This document shows, piece after piece, positions 1-11,903 of a stretch of 64,000 nucleotides of DNA. The stretch covers positions 544,001-608,000 of the forward strand of contig CP000070.1 in assembly GCA_000002445.1 (NCBI GenBank), in the 5' to 3' direction. The notes beneath the pieces were generated by a model. That model was given only the letters and a program-made list of their open reading frames with translations, ran no database searches and was not told the DNA's origin. Source of the stretch: Trypanosoma brucei. Lineage: Eukaryota. Numbering within the stretch: position 1 is the stretch's first letter; each line of letters begins with the position of its first letter. The position numbers and the translations under genes are program-made.

Positions 1-2440
1 ACGCACAAAAATAAATAAGTATATAAGTATTGCTGTCAGAGGGAATTAAAAAAAAAACCAGCCAAACAATGATAACATCAGTAATGTGCCAAAAAGCACA
101 GAAAAAGTAGAAAGAGCATTTTTCCCCCCCTTTTGATTATTTGCGTGCGTGTGTGAGAGATTTTTTAAAAAAAAGGAAGAAAAAGAGGTAAGAAAGGAAG
201 TGGAGAAGCTAAAGAAATGAAAGCAGCGGCAGCACTAGTGATGGCTGACTAATTGCACACGCATCTAGGCACACACATACACACACATATATATATATAT
301 GAACACGGAGCAAGGAAAGATGGGAACCATGAGAAAAATTAAAGAAAAATAAAAAGGAAATGCACAGAGATTAGGAGCGAAAGTCAGAGAGAGGCTACAG
401 CCTTTTCCTTCATAAATAAATATATATATATTTATTTGATTAATGATTTCAACTTATATTTCAGTATTTTTTCTTTCCTCTTTTTTTTTATTTCCCTAAC
501 CTTCAATTCCCACTCCATCCCTCCCTGTGTGCGCGTGTATTTGTGCTGGGAAAAAGAGAAAGTAAAAAAGAAAAAGAAAGGAGGTTGGGGGAAAATATTA
601 TTAAATTGAAGTTAGCGGTTCTAACTGAAGGTAAAAGCGAGGAGTAAAAGCATAAAAACTAAACTTGTTGTTGATTCATGAAGTGAATGAAATGACATAA
701 AACGAAATAATGAATAAACAACGAGGAATGGCACGTCAAAGGCAACAAAGACCGCTGGGCGGTGCAAAGTATAAATATAAATATATAACAATAAGTTTGA
801 GCCCCGCAAACAGTAAGGGCGGGCAGCAACGACAACAACAACAACAATAATAACAATGGGAGCAACAAAATGAAATAAAAAAAAGTAGTAAAATAAAAAA
901 AAGAAAAAAGTTGTGTGTGTGGAAGAGTGGTGGATTGGATCACGGGAAATGGAATATGAGATGCATATATATATATTAGAGAAAATTTACAATAAATGAT
1001 GTTTAATGCCATGGACCTAAACCCCTCTTTTCCCTCCCCTTTCCCATGCACGTGAAAATGATTCGTCTTCCGCCATTTGCTTCATGTGACGATATTTTAC
1101 CTCGCTTTTTTGTAAGGTTGTATCCGCACATATTAATAATATAATTATACTAATAATAATAATCAACTTCATGAATTACGCCTTCATCGAATTAAGTTTC
1201 CCCCATTTTCCTCGAAAACAAACCACCTCATCAAAGAACAATAAAAACTGACATCTCTTCTTACTTTATTTCCCTCCATTTCACGCCACTTATGAAAATA
1301 AAAATAAATATAAGCAAGTATAAGAAGAAACATTCACACACAATCTCTTACTTATAATCCTAGTTTTGATTCACAGTATTTTCAATAAATTCTGCCTTTT
1401 TTTCTTTTTCTTACATTTTATTTTTTTCCCCCTCTTGAATGATGATTATCGTTACAGAATTTTCATCATTTATTACTCTCAGTCTTTTTCAACTCGCCGC
1501 TTCAAAAATACTCCGACACACAAAAAAAAAATCCCCTCCGCCGAATTCCTTTAAAGAAGTTAAGAAACACGTCAGTCATTACTGAAAGTTCTGCCGTCCG
1601 TTGCCTTAAAAGCGAAAAAAAAAATCTCTTTTTTGTTTATTTGTATATGTGTTTGAAAACTTAATTGCACTTAACTTACTCTCCTTTTTTTTTATAATAA
1701 TAAAGTAGATTTTCACTTCCGCCACACGTTTCCTTCCATTTCATATACACGAACAAAAACAAAAAGAAAAAAGAACAACAACGAATTTAAATATATGAAG
1801 CCGTCCAGTGGCACTTTGTTCCCCCCCCCATTTATTTCATAAATTTACCCAAAACAATTATTTAAAAATATAATAATTTGCTTTCGTCCGTTTCCAAAAC
1901 GTGAGGCAACTGCCGAACTTATCTCTTCCCCCCTTTTTTACTTTTCTTTTCTTTTGGGTTCTTCTTCTAAACACACTTCCGTATGCGCCTTCTTTTTAAT
2001 TTAATTTTCTTCTTTCTCTCTTTCTTTTCTTTTTTGGTATTCCGTTTTTCCGTGCTTCTGAATCTTCATAAGAATGATATATATATATATAAAGAGAAAG
2101 AGAAAGAGAAAGAGAAAGAAATACACAGAGAAAAGAAATAAAACGTGATTTTTCTTTTTTTTTAAAAAAAGCGAAAGAAAATAATAAATTCAAAAAGTTC
2201 GCAACAGGCAGTGGCGCGTGTCACGTATTTAAATTTTTGCGACCGCTTCTTTCTATTATTTTCTTTCATTTTATATTCCTTTCATTTGCTCTAACAACTC
2301 CGTTATAAAGTTTATATATATATATTCAACATCATAATTGGCTTTATTCCTCTTCTTTTTTTTTATATGTGAATTTCGTCAATTCTCACAAGTATCTTTT
2401 GCTTTATTAAAGTTATCCGCTTGAACACACACATACATAA

Positions 2441-2476
2441 ATATATATATATATATATATAAATATATATATATAT
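2441..2476. repeat. (TA)n microsatellite, flanked by (CA)n and (GT)n short runs
   Basis: Seen directly in the sequence. Confidence 0.9.
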
Positions 2477-3152
2477 GTATTTGTGTGTGTGAATTTCTAT
2501 ACACTTATTAAAAATTCGTGAAGTGCAATGCGGAAATTAATTTGAAAAAACATTAAATTAAATTGAAAGAATGCAAGGGATGATAATGATGATGAAAGAC
2601 ACGGCAGAAGAAGAAGAAAAGCAAAAGATTTTAAAAAGAGGGCAACACCAAAAAAAAAAAAGAAAGAAAGATAAAGAGAAAGAGAGAGAGAGGAAGAGGG
2701 AGACTGCAGCACTTCCACTTTTTTAAACAAAAAAAAACAGAAAAAAAAACGAACGTCCGGCACCTCCTTTTGAATAAGTGAAGAGGTCAAACACAAAGAC
2801 GCACACGCACACGCACACAACTAAAGTTACGGCTAGTGAAACCTTTTAAAAAGAAAGTAAAGAGTTGTCTGCGCGTGTGAAAGAATGAAATTATGAAGGG
2901 AATTTGTTTCTTATTTCTCTTTTTCATTTAGTCAGTGGGCGGGGAACAAAACATAATAAACAAGACGAAGCGAAATGCACAAGAAGAAACAAATGAAATA
3001 ACAAAGGCAATGACAACCTACAAGTGGAAGAACGAAAGAAACAATAATAATAATAATAGTGATGAAATGAATTTAAAATAAAAACATAACCGATGAACAA
3101 TAAGATGCAGGAAAGATATGATGAGGAAAGCATAAAAGAAAAAAGGAAGAGA

Positions 3153-3176
3153 ATATATATATATATATATATATAT
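3153..3176. repeat. (TA)12 microsatellite
   Basis: Seen directly in the sequence. Confidence 0.9.
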
Positions 3177-4227
3177 TTCTAATAATAATTTATATAAGAA
3201 AGTGTGAAAATTTGTGTGTCTGAGGTGATTGGCGGCGGAAAATGGGATGAAAAACACAAAATTTGTGTTTAATTCTGTTGGCAGTTCTGCCACAATTACA
3301 TCACACATAAATTCCCCTCCATGTCAGTTCTCACACACTTTCACACAAAAATGTGTTTAGGTAAAGCAGAAAAATATCTCTCCCTTTTCTGTTTTCTTCT
3401 TCTTTTTTTAAAAATGCTCTCTTTTGTTTTAGTAAAGGACCTTTTCCCACACGGACAAAACACACACACACACACATTTATTCATCTTCCCTTTTCTTTT
3501 GTTTCATTGTCTTTTCATTCCACCTTTATTCCTTTCTTCTTTTTTTTTTTTCGTTGCTGTCGATTCCTCCCCTCTTCCTCCTTTAAACTCTACCTCAACA
3601 CACACACACAAAAGCTTCCCTTAAAATAAACAAAAAAAAATGATAACATCCGGCCCCAACCGCTCGACCACTTTTTTTCTCTGTTACTTATTTTTTTATT
3701 TTATGCTTATGTTATATACCTATTGGCTTTTTTTTTTTTTTGATCTCTTCTCTTTAATAATAAACTCATGGTTTTTTTTGTCTATCTTCCATTTTAGCAG
3801 CTCTATTGGTACCGCTAGCGCATATTCCTTTACTGATACAATCCAACCGCCTGATTAGTTGACGCGAGTGCTAAAATGCGAGATAAAAGATAAAAAAAGA
3901 AACAACTATTACCTAAACCTTTACTTCTGTAATACATAATAATAATTATATATGTACATATACATACCCCCCCACATATATATATATATATATTATTTAT
4001 ATATACTTCCACATATTTATTTACTTACGTGTGTACAACAATAAACAAATATGTGTTGTATATGTGCGTAGGTAATCGTAGGTAGCTTTATAAGCGTTTT
4101 CTCCACCAAGTGTTTGTGCAACTGAACACATGCTGTTATTTAAAAGTAAAGAAAAAAAAAACAGAAACATTGGAAACAGAAATCATAAAGGGAAGAAGGG
4201 ATAAGATGGGGGAGAAGCTTAACATAA

Positions 4228-5358
4228 TCACTGCCCTAAAGAAGTTGCGCCGTATGGATTGTGTCTCACACTTCCCGTGTTACGGCGAGGTGCATTGGCC
4301 AATGGTCGAAGTAATGGCCCACCAAACATTGAAGCACCAGCGCCCACATTTTCACATACCTGATGATGACTGAAGGATTGACATGTACGAGAAAAACTGT
4401 GTGGATGCTGTTGTTCCATTCCTGGTCCCATGTATGAATTACTGTAGGAAAGGCCATGACCATAATGTACGTGAGTCATGTCACCGTATGGAGGCCAATA
4501 CGGGTAATTGGCAGCAGGAGGACAACTGTTGGCTTGAGGAGGAAAGAAACCAACACCGCCATCATCGGCATAACGCCCTCCTCTTTGAGGGTAACCGCCA
4601 TTACACCAATCAGGCGCATTGGGGTCAAAACTTCGCTTTCTTGAGCACTGCGAATCACGACTGCTGGTGCTTTGCATGAATGGAGGGGAACCAAAAGAAC
4701 TGTTAGGCACTTGTCGTTTCCTTCCACTTCCCAATGGCGAGGCGGAAGCGGAAGTACGCGAGTGATGGAGACCAGATCCCGTGCTTGAGGCGTCCTCTCC
4801 AACAAAAGCTATTTCCCGGCAAATGTGCAGGAAACCGCATTCCTCACCGAAGCGACACAATCCACGCCGGTGCTCACGACACACTTTTTCCCTCGGCAAA
4901 TCCAAAGTACTGTCACCGCGCTCTGCGTACGCACTCCACAGGCAATTTGTTGAATTCATACGGGGAAGAGTAATGGAGGTACCACCAACATTTACTTGTA
5001 AATTCAGCGGAAGTCCACTGGAGGTACACGGGGCGCCATGAAAGAAACAACACGTTGGTTGCTCAAGTGCCTCTTGCCGAAGTTTCTCCACCACTTCCGG
5101 ATTGGCGTGAACTTGAAAACACCGCGAGCCCTGACGGCATCGGCCCTCCATGTAAAGTCTGCAAACACCAGGCACAAGTCCGTCATCATACATGGCATTT
5201 GTTGGCTCTACGGCGGAACCAGGAATGCGTAATTTTGTGCTAAGATGATCGAGAGCATCCACATACGCTGGGGTGACGAAAGGTGAAGCCGTCATGACGT
5301 TGTGCTGAGACCCTAACGAATGAGGGGAATGAGTCACTGTGTTCATTGAGAAGGACAT
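4228..5358 (-). CDS. Tandem CCCH-type zinc-finger protein (putative RNA-binding regulator), 376 aa
   Basis: ORF on the minus strand. There are two canonical C-x7-C-x5-C-x3-H fingers (CRLYMEGRCRQGSRCFQVH and CREHRRGLCRFGEECGFLH). The C-terminus is Pro/Tyr/Gly-rich and low-complexity. It has the same orientation as all other genes. Confidence 0.7.
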   Translation of the reverse strand: MSFSMNTVTHSPHSLGSQHNVMTASPFVTPAYVDALDHLSTKLRIPGSAVEPTNAMYDDGLVPGVCRLYMEGRCRQGSRCFQVHANPEVVEKLRQEALEQPTCCFFHGAPCTSSGLPLNLQVNVGGTSITLPRMNSTNCLWSAYAERGDSTLDLPREKVCREHRRGLCRFGEECGFLHICREIAFVGEDASSTGSGLHHSRTSASASPLGSGRKRQVPNSSFGSPPFMQSTSSRDSQCSRKRSFDPNAPDWCNGGYPQRGGRYADDGGVGFFPPQANSCPPAANYPYWPPYGDMTHVHYGHGLSYSNSYMGPGMEQQHPHSFSRTCQSFSHHQVCENVGAGASMFGGPLLRPLANAPRRNTGSVRHNPYGATSLGQ

Positions 5359-7378
5359 GTTTCTTCTTGTTTTCCTGTTGAATGATGATTAGGAGAATAT
5401 CGCTTTCTTCTTTTCTCTCTGTTTTGATTACCTCTCGCCGTGTTAGCTTCACCCCCCTGACTTTTACTGTCGTCTGCCTAACTTTGCCTTTTCTTGGTTT
5501 CTCTCTCTCTCTCTCTTTTTTTTTTTAATATCCTCCTTTTCTTTTTTTTACCGGACGTTTACGTACAATACACCTATATCAGTTGCCTCTAACCTCTGAC
5601 TTGCTGATGTTAAATTACACTGACACCTATTTGAAAAAGTGAACGAAATAAGATAACAATGTTTTGTATAGATTTCTCTCCTTGACCTTTTTCCTTATTT
5701 GTTGGAAAAGCCTACTATTTCTTTGCTCGTGCCTTTCTTATTTGATTCTTTTGTTTAACTTTCGTCCTTACAGTGTTCGGTTTTTTTTTTGGTTCTCTTT
5801 GGTCCTACTTCACCTAACCGTTACGTATATGTAAACTTTTTCTTTGTCTTGCAATGGCTGCTGTTATCTGATTGAAAATAACAGTAACAATTATACGCCC
5901 ACCGATTCCTCCCTTTCCCTTTTCCTGTAATCTTTTTCCTTTCCTTTTTTTTTTTCACCTTGTGAGTAAATGTTTATTTGTATGGACCACAACTTCACTC
6001 CCTGAAGCTGACACACACTCACACAGTGAAAAACAAATACTATAAGAAATAATAATAGTAATATCAAAAATAAACCAAACCCAATCCAATCAAACACAGA
6101 AGTAAAGAAATAGATAGATCAAAAAAAAAAAAGAGTATAGGGATATGGAGAAAAGCTTGTACAGGCACAAACAAACAAACACACGCGTGGAAGTTACTCT
6201 TCCCTTGTTTTTTGTTTTAATTTTTGTTTTTGTTTTTGTTGTCACTTCAATTTTTTTTTTAAAAAGTTTCTCTTTTATATCTCCCCCCCCCACGCGAATG
6301 TGCTTTGATGTTGATGTCTGATGCCCTCACTACGCACTCTCTTCTTTTTTTTTCCTGCTCTTACTCGCTGTTAAAATTCTGTTTATCTTTTGTTGTTGTT
6401 GTTGTTTTTGCCTTGACTAAAAATTCCTATGATAATTTTTATTGTATTATTATTATTATTATTATTGTCCACGCTTCACTACCGAATTTTACAAGAATAA
6501 ACTAACACAAACACAAACACAAGCGAGCGAGCAAACAAACAAACAATCAACCAAAAGGGTAAGAAGTCTAAACGAATGGAAAGCAGTTGCACACAAACAC
6601 AATAAAGTGGCTCTTTAAATCCTCCTCCTTTTCTTTTCTTTTCTTTTTTTTTCCTTTCCTTAATTCTCCTATTGTTGAGTTAAACTTCACCTTTATATAA
6701 AATATGTATGTAAAAAAGAAGAATAATAACAATAATAAAGGAAGTAATGAAGGAAATAACAGAGACGTAGGTGGAAGCAAATGGTAAGGAAAGATCCATT
6801 TCATTGGTTGCATTGATCAGATTCCGTTTAAGTGTGTGTGAGTGTGTGTGAAAGCATTTACAAAAATAAAATAAAAGGGAAGGGGGAAGGAAAGGGGAGG
6901 AAAAAAAAAAGAAGAAAAATCCACACAATGCATTTCCTCAGCGATAAAATCAAAAAAAAATATTGCTAACTTGTCTCCTCCTTCACAAATGCGTGTCTGT
7001 CTATTTCTGTGCTGTTCTCTCCCATATTCCTTTAAAGCGTGATCGAAAAAAACAAAACAATAAAAAAGATGAAGTGCAGTGACTCACAATTAACGAAAGT
7101 AACAAACGAAACAAAGATGAAGAAATTTTTTTTTAAAAAAAGAAAAATGCTGCACGCACAACGACACGAATAGAAAAGGAAAGAAAAGAAAAGGAAAACA
7201 AGCAGCTACAACACATACATGAGAGAAATTGCGTGGTGGAAATACATTTGGCACACTGCTCTCGCATAAAGTCACGGTTCGAATCACACACAAACACACA
7301 AACAATCTCCTTCTATAAATGAAGACAGAATTGCACAAGACTGCCCTCTTAACTAAATCTTTTATTTTCCGTAGGTGG

Positions 7379-7406
7379 TGTGTGTGTGTGTGTGTGTGTG
7401 CGTGTG
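7379..7406. repeat. (GT)n microsatellite in the intergenic spacer
   Basis: Seen directly in the sequence. Confidence 0.9.
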
Positions 7407-7647
7407 AAGGCGGGCGAAACGAGAAACGCCTGCCACACCAGCGGAACGCGCGCAGTTACAGTAGTGTAAAAGCATATGTATATATGTTTGTTTATATAAA
7501 TATTGACATAGATGAGGAACAGAGGAAAGAAGAGGAAACGACAAAATAGAAATGCATATGCCGTCTACTCGTCTCCCAAGAAAGCTTCTATGAACTTCCT
7601 CAGTGCGAAGTGCTGAAACTTGTAAGAAACATCATTTGTAACGTATG

Positions 7648-10600
7648 CTACACGCAAACAGGGCGTAATGGTCGGTTCATGTTTTCTGTAAAGGGAATTC
7701 CCTTCTTTCCCGCCACAACATCGGTGATGATGCCTTGGTCACCACCTGTAATGTTGTTGTGTGCGGCTACCACCTTCGTAGCGAGGATGAGAATTCTTTT
7801 ATACTTCTGCCCTAAATTCTGAGGTTTGGGCCCCAACTTCCCCTTCATTACGCGTTTCCACAACCCCTGCAAGATATCCATGAGTTCGGAATCGGCGGTG
7901 ACCATGAAGCAACATTGGACCTGTTGCTGACGCAACCAACGAAGCGGATGGGAACCACCGTCGCGGCCGCTAATGACTGCAGCGCACATGAGTGACATCA
8001 GTGAGACATGACGGTGTAAAGAGAGGCAGCGACTAGGAAGTGTTTTCAGATCCGGAACATCTTTCGAACGTAACCGCTTAATTGTTACAGTCAGTGATTT
8101 TGCAGGCGGTCCCGCGGTTTTACGCCGCGGTGCGCAGAAACCTCCAGACGCCTCAACCGGCTGCTTCAACGCCTCGTCCAATGGGGTGTAAGTGTAACAA
8201 CTACCAGGACGAACAGGGAGTTTACCGCTTTTCAGTTTTCCACATGGCACAAGCACATGACCAACACAGTACGTGGTTGTCTCTCCAGATGCATCCACAA
8301 TGTCATAACACGCTTCCACATAAAGGGAATCCTCAATTGCACCAGTGAAGAAGAGGCGGTCACTACTGCTCTTGCCAAACTTCCACTTAAACCCCCCTTT
8401 GTTTGCTTTCCCCACTGACACAGCTTGAAGAACCTCCGCAGTCATCCATTCCGAATCCTTTGATTTTCGTACACTCACAAGACAATAGCAGCGGGCATTC
8501 TCCGGCACCTTTTCACTGATACGAAGTTTTTCTACTCCAACTTCAAGATAGCATCCCTCCACACCTTTCTGTGTCCAAATGTTGGCGCTCACAGTGGTGT
8601 AAGAGTTGGCAGTAGACATGAGTAAAGTGTTTAGTTCGTCATCTTTATCACCGTTTATCATAAATGGCGCCTTCGGTACAAGGTGTTTGGGCCGTATCGT
8701 ATCGTGGAGGACGGCGTCATCGCCCTCACATAAGTACCGGTCACGTAGATTTGAGTTGTTGGCCAATAACTTCACATATTTTTTTGGATTAAAGACGGAA
8801 CCAAAGGCCAGCTCGTAAAGAAATGACGTGGCATCTGTCACTCCTTTTACCGTTGGGTTCAGCAGTTTTTCGACTAGCGGAGTGTACAAAACACGCAACT
8901 TCATCCCGGTACCCACAGTAACTACCATAATAGCGTGGCACACATATAAAAATGCTTCGATATAACGAAGGAGTTGCACAGCCACCTTCCGTTCAGTGAT
9001 ACCTTTAGCCACAATAAATGATCCAACGAACACGTCACCCGATTCACCATTCCAGTACACTTTGTGATCGCCGTACTTCCACCCCTCTCCGCAGCATCGA
9101 ACAGTGGTTTCATATGTCTGCGGTTGTATCCACCGTTTCTCGCCTTCGGCATCATCTACGATGTTTTCAGTTGCTTCTTGAGGTTGATCCGCGACACAAA
9201 GAAGAATTTGGCCTTGAGAGACCTGAGGCCGCAGAAATATTTTAAATTTCCCAACGGTTTGGGTTACTAAACCACAATACTCAAGGATTTCGAAGGCAAT
9301 GCTTAGTGGGACTTCGCCCGAATAGAACTCGTCATACGCGACGAACATCGACATGACTTTCTCCGTGAGACACCTGCTACCGTAATACTCCAAGATTGTC
9401 CTTGCTTTTTCACGGGGCACCACCGTATCAACATCCTCAAGAATCTTATACCGCTCCTTGGCCTTCTCCACACCAACCGCCCTCAACGCAAACATCAAGC
9501 TTTTCCTAGTGAGATTCCTTGAGGGTATAACTGAGATCGGGGCTTCAACAATATCCGCTGGTGAGTTCGCCTCATCGGATGCAATCCTTTGCGAGTCAGA
9601 TACTTTCCTTTCCTTCAAATCCTTAGCTGCTTCTACTTCGGTGTTCAATACCTTCAGAACTCTGTTGCGTTCCATGGTTTCAACCTGTAACTCGGCAAGT
9701 TGGTCAAGAAACGATGATAAAGTGTCTTCCATTGAGCTGTGCGGAACTATGCAACCTCGTGGCAATGAGTGAAATCGGGGCTCTGCTTCGGACGGGGCGG
9801 CGAGCAAAATTGTTTTGCGTATCCTTGCGGGCGAGGGAATCTCAGTGGACTCCGAACTTGTCACGCCGCCTTCCCCACTGAGTTCGATGCTGTAATCACC
9901 ACTTTTTGAGGCGCTATAACTTTCCGATCCGGTGTAGCCGCTAGTAGTTGGCTTAATTAGTGATGTGGTGGTCTCAACAGTGCTTTTAGAATGCTGTTCG
10001 GCACCTTTCGGTTCTTCTACCGCCTTCTGGGTTTTTGTTGCGCTTTCCGAATAATCATAGGAGTAGTCGTATTCACTGTCGTAATATGAACCTGTATATC
10101 CCAATTCTGAGGAGCTAACCGATACTACGTTAGCATCTTGCTCTGGTTGTGGGGCTTTAACAACGTGTGATGGGGGTAGGGGGTGTTTCACCTCCGGCGA
10201 GCTCACACTGCCGTAAGAATAAGAATAAGAATAACTGTACGAATCATCGTCTTGAACTCTTCCTCTGACAATCGGGCTTGCCGCCGGTGGAGCAGTGTGG
10301 GAGTGTGTTTCTGGCTTCGGGGGCTCCACGGGCCGTGCAGGTGCAGCAGCTTTCACTGTAGTAGTGTAATCTCCCCCAGAGCTGTAACTCTGTCCAGGCA
10401 TCCTCTGTGTGTAGCTATAACTTGAGTAGGAGCCAGTGTAGGAGCCTGAATGCGAACCATATGGTGAATAACTATAATAATCAGAACCACTGCCACTGAA
10501 GTTGTCAATTTTGAGCCCCTCTGTCGAGGTGGCCGGTGCCCGACCGAGCTGAGTCTTTGAAGGCATTTGTTGTGTTCTCGCTGCCTGGTACTTGTGTGCC

Positions 10601-11459
10601 ATCCCAACTGGTTGCTGACTTCCCACACGTGGATGTTGAATATTTGCTGGCGGTTGCGAATGCACGGCGGGTGGTTGCTGATTTCCAACAGGCACCTGTT
10701 GAGCCCATGGAGACACCTGCTGAACTCCCATTTGTAAGTGAGGTTGAGCCATGGGAGGATGCTGATGACCCACAACGGCTTGTTGGTACTTGGCATTTGC
10801 TGGTCGTTGCTGAACACTCGTATGCGTCTGTTGTTGATCCTCTTTTGGAATCTCTGGAGTCCGCAGTGACGGTCGCCGACTTCCTGTTGGTGGCTGCTGC
10901 CGAGATCTTGCAGACATTAACGGATCGTCCCCATGCCGCTGTTGAATATTTGCTGGCGGTTGCGAATGCACGGCGGGTGGTTGCTGATTTCCAACAGGCA
11001 CCTGTTGAGCCCATGGAGACACCTGCTGAACTCCCATTTGTAAGTGAGGTTGAGCCATGGGAGGATGCTGATGACCACTCGTTTGCGACGTTTGTTGGGT
11101 TATGGTTGGCATCTGCATGCTTCCGATAGGTGCTTTCGGTGCACTAATATTTGTTGTGGTTCCTGCCGCGGCGCGTTTCTTTTCACTGTCTAACTGGGCG
11201 GCACCTGCAACGTGACCGGAACGGGCGCTGGCAACGACATTATGCCCCTCATCGGTGGAGTCGCTGTAACTATAGGAATAGCTCGAGTATGATCCGGTGT
11301 AAGACTCCGTTGAAACTCGTGCGGCGCTGTTGCCACGAGGCCCCTGCACACTTTTGGATGGCACTGGTTGCTGAGGTGCAACTGGGGCGCGAGGGGGATG
11401 TTGCGGTGCAAGTGGCTGAACCTGCAGTTGTGGCTGCAGCTGCCCACTTTGGGTGTACG

Positions 11460-11498
<39 letters not shown>

Positions 11499-11760
11499 CT
11501 CTCGCCGGTGGGGGCTGCGTTTTGGTGCCTGACGACTCTATGGTTTGGGAATATGATGACGATTCATTACTATTAGTCCTGCTGGATTGTGTATAAGAGC
11601 CGTAGTAGCTATAGTCGTCCGAATAGTCGCTGTAGCTGTAACTCGAGCTTTCATCTGCCTGTGATGCGCGCTTGTTTCCTGCGGGACCGGGGCGAGTACC
11701 CGCATAGGGAACAACAGTCACATCCCCAAATGTAACACGCGCACGGTTCGTCCGCTCCAT
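7648..11760 (-). CDS. Large hypothetical protein (1370 aa) with SY-rich and polyQ low-complexity N-terminal half, internal duplication and a non-repetitive C-terminal domain of about 750 aa
   Basis: This is a long uninterrupted minus-strand ORF. The N-terminus has SYSYSDYSDDYSYYGSY-type tracts, a Q12 run and Q/P-rich segments. A 46 aa block (GHQHPPMAQPHLQMGVQQVSPWAQQVPVGNQQPPAVHSQPPANIQ) is repeated exactly. The C-terminal half is complex and non-repetitive, and I do not recognise its domain. Confidence 0.7.
10634..11076. repeat. Two identical 137 bp direct repeat copies (10634-10770 and 10940-11076), period 306 bp, inside the 1370 aa CDS
   Basis: I compared the sequence directly. The copies are identical from tgttgaatatttgctggcgg through ggaggatgctgatgacc. 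This encodes the duplicated 46 aa block. Confidence 0.85.
11461..11497. repeat. (TTG)12 on the plus strand, i.e. (CAA)12 coding a Q12 tract in the 1370 aa CDS
   Basis: A perfect trinucleotide run is visible in the sequence. It translates to QQQQQQQQQQQQ in the minus-strand ORF. Confidence 0.9.
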
Positions 11761-11859
11761 TATTCGGTTTCTATGTTTTCTTTCCTCTCTGTTTCGAATA
11801 CGACTGGTATTGGAAACAGGAACAAGTTATGCAACGTTAATACAGAATCCCCCTGAGTC

Positions 11860-11862
<3 letters not shown>

Positions 11863-11895
<33 letters not shown>
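11863..11895. repeat. (TA)16 microsatellite about 100 nt upstream of the 1370 aa gene start
   Basis: Seen directly in the sequence. Confidence 0.9.

Positions 11896-11903
<8 letters not shown>

Noticed and set aside
659-1051. 130 aa minus-strand ORF in the gene-free 5' end of the window
   Set aside because: Its translation is low-complexity (LLLLLLLL, FFYFTTFFYF) from poly-pyrimidine DNA. There is no supporting context.
7255-7290. GGTTCGAATC motif resembling a tRNA T-arm
   Set aside because: The flanking sequence lacks a D-arm (no GTGG..AGTGG-type loop). The acceptor-stem complement is absent and the T-stem does not pair. This is not a tRNA.
10536-11129. 197 aa plus-strand ORF overlapping the 1370 aa minus-strand gene
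   Set aside because: It lies entirely antisense to a strongly supported CDS. It is generated by the internal 137 bp duplication and Q/P codon composition. It even contains its own internal repeat mirroring the sense-strand duplication.
7648-11760. Alpha-kinase or other catalytic domain in the C-terminal half of the 1370 aa protein
   Set aside because: I could not find the diagnostic motifs (e.g. DxQGVG, catalytic Lys context) by eye. It is left as an unassigned domain.
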